Part shown: piece by piece, positions 1 to 10,254 of the stretch
Numbering within the stretch: the stretch's first letter is position 1
Layout: each line of letters starts with the position of its first letter
Source of the DNA: Octopus bimaculoides
Taxonomy: Eukaryota
DNA: 48,064 bases
Direction: 5' to 3'
Assembly (NCBI RefSeq): GCF_001194135.2
Contig: NC_068984.1
Coordinates: forward strand, 93,365,009 to 93,413,072
Translations under genes and position numbers: made by a program
Notes under the pieces: generated by a model
The model's input: only the letters and a program-made list of their open reading frames with translations
What the model was told of the DNA's origin: nothing
The model's database searches: none

Positions 1-3000
1 CTAAGCTGCTATGAACTGGCAGATCCATATAGGTTGGAATTTCCTAACGCTCCATTGTGGACATGGTCAAGCAGCGACGGATCTTCCAGGTCATACCTAG
101 ACAGGGTGTTAATTAGAAAAGTAGATAAGAATATAGCTAGGTGTCCACAGTTTTACCCGGTCAGCTACAATGATCACAAAATGGTCACCTGTAAGCTTGA
201 CATAGATAAGATATATAATAGAGGCTCCGGCTACTGGAAACTTAATACGTCCCTTTTGGCGATTAAGGAGCACAGTGAACGGATTAAGTTACTGATTCAG
301 AGGGCATTAACCGGGTTCATTATTAATAATAAATGGTGGTATGCCCTCAAGCGAGCCATTAAAATTCGAGTCTATTAGACATAGCATAGGTTTAGTGGCT
401 AGAGAGGCTAGGAGGGAATCAAAATTAGTTAAGGACTTAGAGGAAGCATTGGAAACTGGCTCTGTGGCTCAGGTGACGGTTAAGACACTGGCGCTAAACC
501 AGCACCTCGAAGCTCAACACATGGGTTGCATTGTCAGGGCAAGGCTTCGTGCAGTGGGTTGTGAAGGAATCAAGGCCGCAGGATGGGTCCGAGTGGTGGA
601 AGCCCAACGTAGCAACGATGGCACAATTCGATCTTTGACGAACCAACAAGGTAAGTTGATAAACGAGCCCGAGGAGATGTGTGAGGCCTTTCAGGAGCAC
701 TTCGCCCAGCTTTTCTGGGGGGAGGGGACCGGTCAGTAGGAGGAACCTAACGGACTTCCTCACCGGGATGCCGCGCCTCTCAGTGCAGGACGCGGGGCGT
801 TGTGAAGGACCGATCACGCCTGAGAAGGTAATTGAGGCTATAGCAGACTGCAGCATGGGAAAGGCACCGGGACTGGATGGTCTACCCTATAAGTTGTATA
901 AGAGTATGCGAGACTTGTTTGGGCACCTGCTGGCGAATGTCTATGCGAACTGGCAGCAGATTGGGTTAATTCCCAGATCTGTGCGCCGGGGAGTAGTGAC
1001 ACTTGTCAGAAAGGACCCAAACAAAGGGGATTCTATTGATAATTTCCGGCCCATCACTCTGCTAAACGCAGAGTTGAATATTTTGGCCAAAGTGTTATCG
1101 AAAAGATTGGCGCGTGTCGCGGATGGTCTGAGCGGGGAGGCACCGACATGTGCCGTTCCCGGCAGAACTATCCAGAATAATCTCTATCTTATACGGTACA
1201 CTTTAGAAGGGTTTAATAACGATTCTGGCAAGGGCGGGGCAGTGGTCCATTAAGACCAATCAAAGACTTTTGATAGGGTCGGCCATCGGTATCTGGTATC
1301 CGTTCTGGCACAATTCGGCCTGGGTCTCGGCTTCCTCAGGTGGATCATTCAGATTTACGACAACATCGACTCGGTAGTTCGGGTTAACGGCTTTTTATCT
1401 AAGCCCTTCAGCATCAAACGCTCGGTTCGTCAAGGGTGCCCGCTCTCCCCGCTTTTGTACGTGATGGCTCTTGAGCCGTTGCTGCGAAAATTGGCGACAT
1501 CCCGAGACAGCCGGGTTGTGGAAAATCAGTTTCAGCTTACGCGGATGACATCACCATCATCGTAACCAAAATGGATCACCTACAGAGGGTAGGCAAGGCC
1601 ATTAAGGCTTACGAGACGGTGGCAGGAGCAAAGGTTAATCGTGAAAAGTCAGTCGGCTTGCAGCTCGGTACCTGGAGAGACAAGTCGATGCCGCCTGACA
1701 GCGTCGTGGGACGTTATATGGAGGGTCCGATTAAGTTGCTAGGAGTTTGGTTCGGACCAGACTTCCAAATAGAGAAGAACTGGGCTGAGGTATTGAGCAG
1801 GGTGATCCACATAGTCAAGACCTGGTCTTGGCGGTGGCTATCTCTGAAAGGGAGGGTGGAGGTAGCCAATATCTTCATCGCATCGGTCATCACCTACCGC
1901 CTAACCGTCGTTTCTTGCCCTGATTCGTGGTTGATCAAGCTGGAAAGACAGCTCTTCCGCTTCTTGTGGAGGGGTTTGAAACCGCTTGAGACGCTCTATT
2001 TGCTGCCAACAACTATTAAAGGGTGGGCTAGGGATGCATTGGCTGACGATACGCAGACATGCGTTGAGATTGAGACATCTGTGGCTCTATCTGGATGGTG
2101 AGCTGTTGTGGTCTTCGTTGGCGAAAAGGAGCTTTCCCACGTTCACTAGTTTCAGTGGACAAGAAACCTGGTTCCATCGTAGATCGAGTAGAGGGCTAAT
2201 AGTGGCTGGACGATACCTTAGAGGAGACCCTAGGTCTCGATGATAATCGGCTGGCCAGTCTGTTCCAACGTACATTTGGGCCGAAGACCCTGGACAATTT
2301 TCAGAAGTCTTTGGCATGGCAATGTTACCGAGAAGCACTTACCCGTTCGGGACATGCTCGCAAGGCATGGCGGCCCTGGCTCTCCGGACTGTCTAAGATG
2401 TGGGCGGGATAGGGAAACCATCCCACACGCAATTGTTCAGTGTCCGGAAGTACCAGATGTGTGGGTTTATGCTGAACAATTGTTGTCAAGTGCAGGAAGA
2501 GTACGGCTATCGACTGAGTCTATGGTAAAAATTGAACCACCGGATTTCCTATCGAAAGAAGGTAAGAATTGCTTTCTCGTCGTAGTAGCAATTGTGAGAG
2601 AGGTGATTTGGAAGACCAGAGTGAAAGGATTAACGACAGGCATTTACATCTATCTCTAGCCCTGGGTTGGTGAATTTCTTCACCTTTCACCTGAAAAGGA
2701 AGATAGGGCTGGAGAAAAAATGCCTGTCGGCGAAAATGTTTCATAATCGATGGAAAAGTGTAGTACGAATGTTGCGTGTGGGTGGTACCAAATGAATGCA
2801 ACACAGAATGAACTTAAGGCATCGCGGGGTCCGAACTTAACCCGTCTCCCACTCCATTTGTAATGTCTTGGTATGTCTCACCATTCGAACATTTTGTATA
2901 TTGTAAAATTTTTAATTTCATAATTGTGTTAAATCATTCGTTATGTCTGACTCCATTCAGATTGTGCTGTCCCCTTCTGTGTTGTTCCCTTGTGGGAAAT

Positions 3001-3010
3001 AAAAAAAAAA
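1..3010 (+). mobile_element. Tx1/L1-clade non-LTR retrotransposon: ORF2 (end of APE endonuclease, RT, C-terminal Cys/His motif) plus 3' UTR and poly(A); degraded by frameshifts and stops; runs off the window start
   Basis: Motifs in order across frames: SRSYLDRV, YNDH, GYWKLNTSLL (APE/linker); KAPGLDGLP, RPITLLNAELNILAK; DQSKxFDRV-like at ~1255-1280; SVRQGCPLSPLLY at ~1420-1460; YADDIT at ~1538-1555; VNREKS; CLRCGRDRETIPHAIVQC. Ends ...gtgggaaat + A10 at 3001-3010. Confidence 0.93.
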
Positions 3011-4855
3011 CTGCTCCATTGATTTGCTGTTTGAGTTGGTCAATTTTGGATACGGTGTGACAGAGGAAGTTTGTGTTTTTGATACTGGTGAATATATTGT
3101 TATTAATACAGTGAAATTTATTGTTGAAGCGTCTTGTGCGTATTTGTTTTCTTTGCTGTTGTTGTTTTTTGTTNNNNNNNNNNNNNNNNNNNNNNNNNNN
3201 NNNNNNNNNNNNNNNNNNNNNNNNNNNNNNNNNNNNNNNNNNNNNNNNNNNNNNNNNNNNNNNNNNNNNNNNNNNNNNNNNNNNNNNNNNNNNNNNNNNN
3301 NNNNNNNNNNNNNNNNNNNNNNNNNNNNNNNNNNNNNNNNNNNNNNNNNNNNNNNNNNNNNNNNNNNNNNNNNNNNNNNNNNNNNNNNNNNNNNNNNNNN
3401 NNNNNNNNNNNNNNNNNNNNNNNNNNNNNNNNNNNNNNNNNNNNNNNNNNNNNNNNNNNNNNNNNNNNNNNNNNNNNNNNNNNNNNNNNNNNNNNNNNNN
3501 NNNNNNNNNNNNNNNNNNNNNNNNNNNNNNNNNNNNNNNNNNNNNNNNNNNNNNNNNNNNNNNNNNNNNNNNNNNNNNNNNNNNNNNNNNNNNNNNNNNN
3601 NNNNNNNNNNNNNNNNNNNNNNNNNNNNNNNNNNNNNNNNNNNNNNNNNNNNNNNNNNNNNNNNNNNNNNNNNNNNNNNNNNNNNNNNNNNNNNNNNNNN
3701 NNNNNNNNNNNNNNNNNNNNNNNNNNNNNNNNNNNNNNNNNNNNNNNNNNNNNNNNNNNNNNNNNNNNNNNNNNNNNNNNNNNNNNNNNNNNNNNNNNNN
3801 NNNNNNNNNNNNNNNNNNNNNNNNNNNNNNNNNNNNNNNNNNNNNNNNNNNNNNNNNNNNNNNNNNNNNNNNNNNNNNNNNNNNNNNNNNNNNNNNNNNN
3901 NNNNNNNNNNNNNNNNNNNNNNNNNNNNNNNNNNNNNTGGAAGGACGTCGACCCACTTGTTACATTTGTGGAGTGAGGGGTCATATGAAGACAAAGTGCC
4001 CCATGTACGAGCATACGCAGAGCGAACATGTGCAGAGTGAGAAAGTAGAGGATAAAGAACGTGAAATGGAGATGGAAAGAAAAACTAAGACGAAGAAAAA
4101 CAAAGGCGATGCAAAAGAGAAAGAAAAGACTGAGGAAGACAGAACGAAAGCGGCAAAGGAGGGGAGTGACAGGTTTGTCAGCCCCAAAATGAGGAAGAAA
4201 GCAAATTCTAGAGAACACTCACAGGGACCAGCAGCAGAAACTGAGAGGATTGCCAAAAAAAGGTGGAGAATCGTCTAGATGTGCGCATGAGGTGGAGAAG
4301 GAACCAGCAGAGATGGATTACAGGAATAAGGGATTTATAATTTACTATAAGAAGAGTGTGGAGGTGGAAAAACGGATATCCAAGTGGAAGAATTTGATAA
4401 GGGTGAAGCTGCCCAAAGAGAAGTTCGGGGAAAATGAGAGACGTGTGCTGGTAAACGACAAAAAGTACATTTTTTAAAATTCTTACCGTGAATTGGTGAT
4501 GATGATTGACGGGCCGGTGTTTCTTAATGTGATGCCGCCTGTGGTGGAACATGCAAGGTTGGAAAACTTCAGAAATAGAATATTAAATATAATATGAACA
4601 ATATTTAAAAAGAAAGCGATGAAAATGTGAACTTTTACTTTTAAAAAATGGAAAAAAAGTGAAAACTGTCCAAAATCATGTCCAAATGTAATCACTCGAC
4701 TTCGGGGGTCGAGTGGGCATAGCGCTTCATTATATCCTTTTCCATAATCTTTGCTCGATTTCCTTTTTGTATTTTTATTTCCCCGATTTTATGTTTTGTA
4801 TTGTCTTTTTGGCTGTAAAAACTTTTTTATTTAGCCCACTGTGGGTAATAAAAAA
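3011..4855 (+). mobile_element. ORF1-only Tx1-related element, copy B1 (HAL1-like); ORF1 partly hidden in the N gap
   Basis: Zinc knuckle GRRPTCYICGVRGHMKTKCP (CX2CX4HX4C) at ~3940-4000, then a Lys/Glu-rich tail and a short second ORF (KRISKWKNLIRVKLPKE). Sequence is gap-free from the knuckle to gtgggtaataaaaaa (4841-4855) with no RT motif. Its 5' ~150 bp is homologous to 4856-5000. Confidence 0.75.
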
Positions 4856-6900
4856 CGAGATTGATTTTCTGTTTGAGTTATTTGTGACCACGGTGTGGTT
4901 GAGGAGAGTTGTGTTTTAGAAACTTACTGTTGATATTACTGTTATTATTGCTGTTGAAGCGACTTGCGCGTATTTGTTATTTGCTGCTGTTATTATGTAG
5001 TGGCGCGAAATTATAGCCGCCATTGAGGAAGTACTATTCTGCGCTTGCGCAGGGGACTTCACCACCGGAAGCCCTTCGAGTTGCGCATGCGTAGTAAAAC
5101 TCGTACTTAAACAGTTACTTTCATTATCTCGGTGAGTTGAGCCCAGACCTTCTACATGACAACACCTCGCTCCTCCACGAAGCACTTTTCACCATGATGC
5201 TATCGAAGTGATAGCTACTTGCTTCTCTGGCAGGCATCAAGGAAGACTTTAACCTTCCCTTACCAACTACAATTTAATCAGCGGCGGCTAAGTAGAATGA
5301 CAGGAATTTGTATAACCAAGTATCATCTTAAATAAACCTTTTTATTATGTTGTAAATTGTTCTAATGTCTCTTCATTAATAATGCTGTTGAAAGGTGATA
5401 GAGAGAGACTAAAGTCTCTATGACAAACCTTTACAATTACTTTTTGCTCTTTTTCTCCCATTGTGGGTGAGAAAAAAACTTAGCTTTTCCAGCATGGAAA
5501 GCTATGCAAGGACCGCTGCGGCGAAAGCAGCTACGCAGTTAAAAGCGAGGCAAATAATAGTTGACATGAAGGAAGTTTTAAGTGGGCAGCTTGTGCAGAA
5601 GGAGGAAGGCACTATTAAACTGGTCCCTCTGAGGAGACAGTGTGTGACGGCACACAAACGATCGCCACCAGTAAAATGGAGAACGATATTGAGGAGTGTC
5701 TAGGAAACATAACGAGGAAGGCTACTTTTATTGGCAGAGGAAGAAGATACGGCACGGTGGAGTTGAGAATTGCCACCAAAGAAGAGCCGACCTCACATTC
5801 CACCACCATTCTGAGGTCGAGCAAGGTAGCGTTGTTGTCCACGTATAGGAGAAGGCGCAGTGTTTGAGTCAGAATAGCGAGAGTGCCACCCGAAATCAAA
5901 ACAGAGTGGTTTGTGGCAGCTATTCTGGCTGCCAACGAAGACAATCCGGAACTGGGACCCATAGCAGGGACAAAATGTTAAACTGGTGGGGATTCGGGGT
6001 AGAGATGTGGCTTTTTGCCACATTTGAAGACATAGAGCGAATCCCCTACCAAATTGAGATTGCGGAGGAAAGTACGTTGAAAGTTGTTGTAGACGGACGT
6101 CGATCCAATTGCTATATATGCGGAGTGAGGGGTCATATGAAGACACAGTGCCCCAAGTTAGAACATACTCAGAGCAATAAAGTAGATGAAAAGGAAGATG
6201 GGAGAGAAAACTAAAACAAGAAAAGACAAAATCGATGTTGAGTGCGTCAGTGACGCAAAAAAAGAAAGAAAAGATCGAGGTGAAAGAGGCAAAGGAAGGG
6301 AGTGACGGGTTTGTCAGCCCCAAAAGAAGAAAGTTAAAACAAGAGAACATTCAACAGAAACCGAGAAGAAGAAAACAAGAAAACATTCAACAGGAACCGA
6401 GAAGTCACAAAAAGGTAGGGAACAACTTAAACCTAAAAATGCACAAGCAATAGAGAAAACACAATAGAAGAATGTAATTATAAGGGATTCCTGATAGTCT
6501 ACAAAAAGTGCGGAGGTGGAAAAAAAGAATAGTCAAATGGAAAGGACTGGTGAGGGTGAAGCTACCCAAAGAATTTAACGGAGATGATAGAAGAATTAAG
6601 GTGCAGGACGAAAGGTTTGATAGATTTATGGATACATTCGGTGGATCGGTAAGTATGATAGACAGTATATGGTTACGTGACGCTCCGCCATCTGTAATAG
6701 AATATGAGGAACTAACAAGAATGGCGGTATGAACAGTATAGAAAAAAAAGAGGATGAGAATGTGAATTTTTTGTTTTAAAAAATGGGAAAGATTGTAAAA
6801 AATCATGTATAAATGTAATCACTCAACTTCGGGGGTCGAGTGGGCATTGCGCTTCATTTTTATCATTCTTTCGTAATTTCATTCGTTTCTTTTATTTTTT
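4856..6900 (+). mobile_element. ORF1-only Tx1-related element, copy B2, head-to-tail with B1; 3' terminus missing
   Basis: Frameshifted ORF1 at ~5494-6210 ending in GRRSNCYICGVRGHMKTQCP. Shares with B1 the segment ggagtgac(a/g)ggtttgtcagcccc, the RVKLPKE ORF and the cactc(g/a)acttcgggggtcgagtgggcat motif. No gaps and no RT. Confidence 0.75.
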
Positions 6901-8283
6901 CTTCTTTACTCGTAAGAGCAATAGAGAAAATTGATTAAAGCATGGACAATAAGAAAAGTTATTCAAGAGTTACAAAAGTAGAAAACAAGGAAGTAAATCT
7001 AACAATGTTGAAAAATTACCAGATGTTGCACAGAGAAGGTGGCGATGTAAAGTTGTCGCAACCCCAAGATATCATGAAAGGAATGTATGAGAAAACAATT
7101 ATTTATAAAGTATATTCAATTGAAGAGAGAAAAATTGAAATAATGTTGACAGATAAAATTGAAAATGCCCTGAAACCAATCTGAGAGGAAACCGATTCGG
7201 CACAGTGGAGGTTCACCTCAGAGAGGGAGCCAAAGCGAAATAATACTCAGCAACCCCGCTAAGAACGGAAAGTGTGATACTACTACGCACATACTTCGGA
7301 AGGAGAGCTTCCAGGGTGAGGGTGGAGGGGATTCCACTCGAAATCGACGTAGCCTAGGTGGCGGCTGCTGTACTCCTGGGTAACGAGGATGAAATAGCAG
7401 TCCTCCAGGCCACTAAGTCAGAAGCTTTAAATTGGAAAGGCCGGCCAAACTTTGGATTTAATAATACAAGGATCGGTGGATAGTCTGGAAAATATGGTGG
7501 AGACGGTGACAGTCAGGATAGGATGGAGGGCAGAATCCCTCGATGCTTTAAATGTGGCCTGAAGGACCACATTAGAGCGGACTGCCCTTCACCAACCGAG
7601 AAAAGCCAGGAGAAAACCAAGGAAGAACCAGCAAGAGCAGAGAAGGAAGTACCAACAGAAGTGGAGGACGACGAATCATGGAAGGTTGCGGAGAACAAAA
7701 ACCAAAGAAAATGGAAAAAGGCAAATTAGACAGAGTTAAAACTCCATCCCACCCACAGCTTCCTAACCCCACCCTTCCCCCGCAGATACCAAACCCACCC
7801 TCTCCTCTTCGACACAAAAACAAAAAAAGAAAGCACTAACACACAGGAACCCTCAAATCCCCCCCCCCCNNNNNNNNNNGAATAGAAAACTGATTGATGA
7901 CACAATGACGTGGAAAGACACAGTGTTAGTTAATATGGAAGAGAAGGTGGCACGCATGCATTTTGATATCGGAGGAACAGAAAGGAAAAATAGAAAAACA
8001 TAAAAATGGGTACACTATGTGGAAGGTAAATATTGACAAAAGTAAATTTCCAGATGAGATGTGTACGGACCTTACAAAGGAGTGCGGAATAGACATACTA
8101 GAAGGAACAGAGTTTAAAGTAAGAAAGAAGTGAAGCTGCTCGGAGGTGGAGCGAGTAACTTCATTTTCATTTCTTCATTGTTATTTCATGTTTTTATACG
8201 CTCTTTTTTTTTTCCGCCCGTTTTGTGTCCCTAGATGTTGTGTGTTGTCCCTTCTATGTTCTCCCCTAGTGGGCAATAAAAAA
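6901..8283 (+). mobile_element. Diverged ORF1-only Tx1-related element, copy C
   Basis: Disrupted ORF1 from ATG 6942. VRVEGIPLEID..VAAAVL resembles B2 VRIARVPPEIK..VAAIL; knuckle GRIPRCFKCGLKDHIRADCP at 7523-7590. The 3' end gtgttgtcccttctatgttctcccctagtgggcaataaaaaa closely matches the LINE 3' end at ~2963-3010. Caveat: a 9-N gap at 7871-7879 could hide more sequence. Confidence 0.65.
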
Positions 8284-8287
8284 TCAT

Positions 8288-8400
8288 AGCCTCTACTGAT
8301 TTCGCAGTAGCTATTGTCACATAATCTCTATTGATTTCGCAGTAAGCTTTTGTCATACTAACACTATCGACTCTGCAATAGTTGTCGTAGTATCGACTAC
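8288..8400. repeat. Degenerate ~36-bp tandem repeat directly after the Tx1 cluster
   Basis: ctctactgatttcgcagtagctattgtcacataa, then tctctattgatttcgcagtaagcttttgtcatactaa, then a weaker third unit. Confidence 0.55.
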
Positions 8401-8669
8401 TAAATAGTTATATTGTCATTGTCAACTCAAGAGTAGCATTCTACATAGTACAGCCTCAAGCAGTCTTTTGGAAAATGAAATTATAACAACACAGTGGAAT
8501 TTATCGGATTCGTAGGTACAAGTGCTATACTCATAACATTAAGACATCAAGCATGGGGAACTGTCTCGGGTAAGTGAGTTTGCATATTACTGATAACTTC
8601 CTTTTTACATCTTTGCTAAAAATCGTAATTAATATTATCGTGTTTAATCAATGGTTATACTCTGACTTT

Positions 8670-9045
8670 GAGGCGCAATGGCCCAGTGGTTAGGGCAGCG
8701 AACTCGCGGTCATAGGATCGCGGTTTCGATTCCCAGACCGGGCGTTGCGAGTGTTTATTAGCGAAAACACCTAAAGCTTCACGAGGCTCCGGCAGGGGAT
8801 GGTGGTGAACCCTGCTGTACTCTTCCACCACGACTTTCTCTCACTCTTACTTCCTGTTTCTGTTGTACCTGTATTTGAAAGGGCCAGCCTTGTCACACTG
8901 TGTCACGCTGAATATCCCCGAGAACTACGTTAAGGGTGTCTGTGGAGTGCTCAGCCACTTGCACGTTAATTTCACGAGCAGGCTGTTCCGTTGATCGGAT
9001 CGACTGGAACCCTCGAACGTCGTAAGCGACGGAGTGCCAACAACA
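8670..9045 (+). mobile_element. tRNA-derived SINE, family 1 (single copy in window)
   Basis: Pol III A box tggcccagtgg (8679-8689) and B box ggtttcgattcc (8722-8733), then a GC-richer body and a (caa)n tail at ~9038-9045. Confidence 0.8.
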
Positions 9046-9177
9046 TACTCTTAAATTGTAATGACAAATTAACAATATCATATGTTAACTTTTCTTTTAA
9101 TTTCACAGAATTAAAATAATAGTCACTTGCGTGTTATATATGCATCAAAAATGAACGTTAAAAAAAAATAATAATAA

Positions 9178-9673
9178 GGCGCTTCTTCAGAAACGTACCT
9201 CTCCAATTAAATCAAATACAATGAAGAAAAATTATGAAAATGGAAAATATATACAAAATAAATGATGTATGCTAAAAAAAAATTAGATTCATCCGTCTTT
9301 AAATATTTTAAACTAAAAAAATAAAACAGAAACGGGCACTCGTGAAATATAAACATGTCAGATGATACAAGGGGCGGTAATCTACTTTTACCAAACGGGT
9401 ATTATTAATCATATCCTAACACTAACCCCAACCCTAAAACTAACCCTAACCCTAAAAAGTAGATTACCGTCCCATGTATCGTCCGACATGTTTGTTTATA
9501 TTCCACGAGTGCCCGTTTCCCGTTTCTGTTTTTTTTTTTTAGTTTTAAATATTTAAAAATGGATGAATTTAATTTTTGCATACATCATTTATTTTGTATA
9601 TAATTTCCATTTTCATAACTTTTTCTTTATTGCATTTGATTTAATTAGAGAGGTGCGTTTCTGAAGACGCTCC
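9178..9673. mobile_element. Foldback/MITE-like element with ~215-bp inverted arms and a spacer containing degenerate (CCCTAA)n
   Basis: 9178-9390 is the imperfect reverse complement of 9453-9673, e.g. cttcagaaacgtacctctccaattaaatcaaat vs atttgatttaattagagaggtgcgtttctgaag, and aacgggcactcgtg vs cacgagtgcccgtt. No clear TSD. Confidence 0.85.
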
Positions 9674-10254
9674 AGAAATAAAACAATTGTTCAAAAACTG
9701 ATTGATGAAAATCCTGAAGCTTAAGCGGAAGAAACCTTCTTCCAAATTGTAAATAATTAAATTTACTTAAACTAACTTAGAAGAAATACAGTTAAAAAAC
9801 AGAAATAACTTGGCCAATACCTTGAACTAGCCCTAAACCTTAATAAACGAATTTAAAGTCAAAGTGTCATCGCAACAATTCCTTAATTTACAAAAAACCT
9901 AGAACCTGACAAAATATCAAACAAGGCAGTTAAAAGCAACTCAATATGCTCTCTAAAACATTTGAAATAATGTTGAAAGACCATAAGACAATTAGATTTC
10001 AAAGCAAATGTAAATGATGTCAAGTCCATAAAACTATTGGAATATAGATGTGCTTGACTCATCTACAGAATGAGTTAAAATAGCCGGACAGTAAAGCTAA
10101 CACTGGATTCTGAGAGATCAGAAAAGATGTGGGAGAAAACGATCAAGACGGTGGAACACATTGGATAGCTTTAAAAAACTTTAGAGATGAGACAGTCAAT
10201 AAGGAAACAGTAATGGAAACAATGTTGTGTGCATGTATGTACGTGTAATTAAAG

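Noticed and set aside
2934-4278. Long ORFs of 280-385 aa here, and similar ones at 13538-14245, 14848-15450, 23547-24317, 41507-41941 and 46550-47374
   Set aside because: They are open only because N runs translate as X; they are not evidence of genes.
1-8400. U2 snRNA, tRNA or rRNA target sequence at the Tx1 junctions
   Set aside because: None of the junction flanks resembles these RNA genes as I know them.
8288-8400. CRISPR-like array
   Set aside because: The units are adjacent and degenerate, with no unique spacers and no cas genes, and the context is eukaryotic.
8670-8745. tRNA gene
   Set aside because: A and B boxes are present, but there is no convincing acceptor stem and the sequence continues into a SINE body and tail.
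8657-9051. TSD atactct around the family-1 SINE
   Set aside because: The upstream copy is separated from the SINE head by several bases, so it is not a clean TSD.
9700-10200. Possible very old LINE RT remnant (PDKI-like and GF-like traces)
   Set aside because: Too degenerate to support without a profile search.
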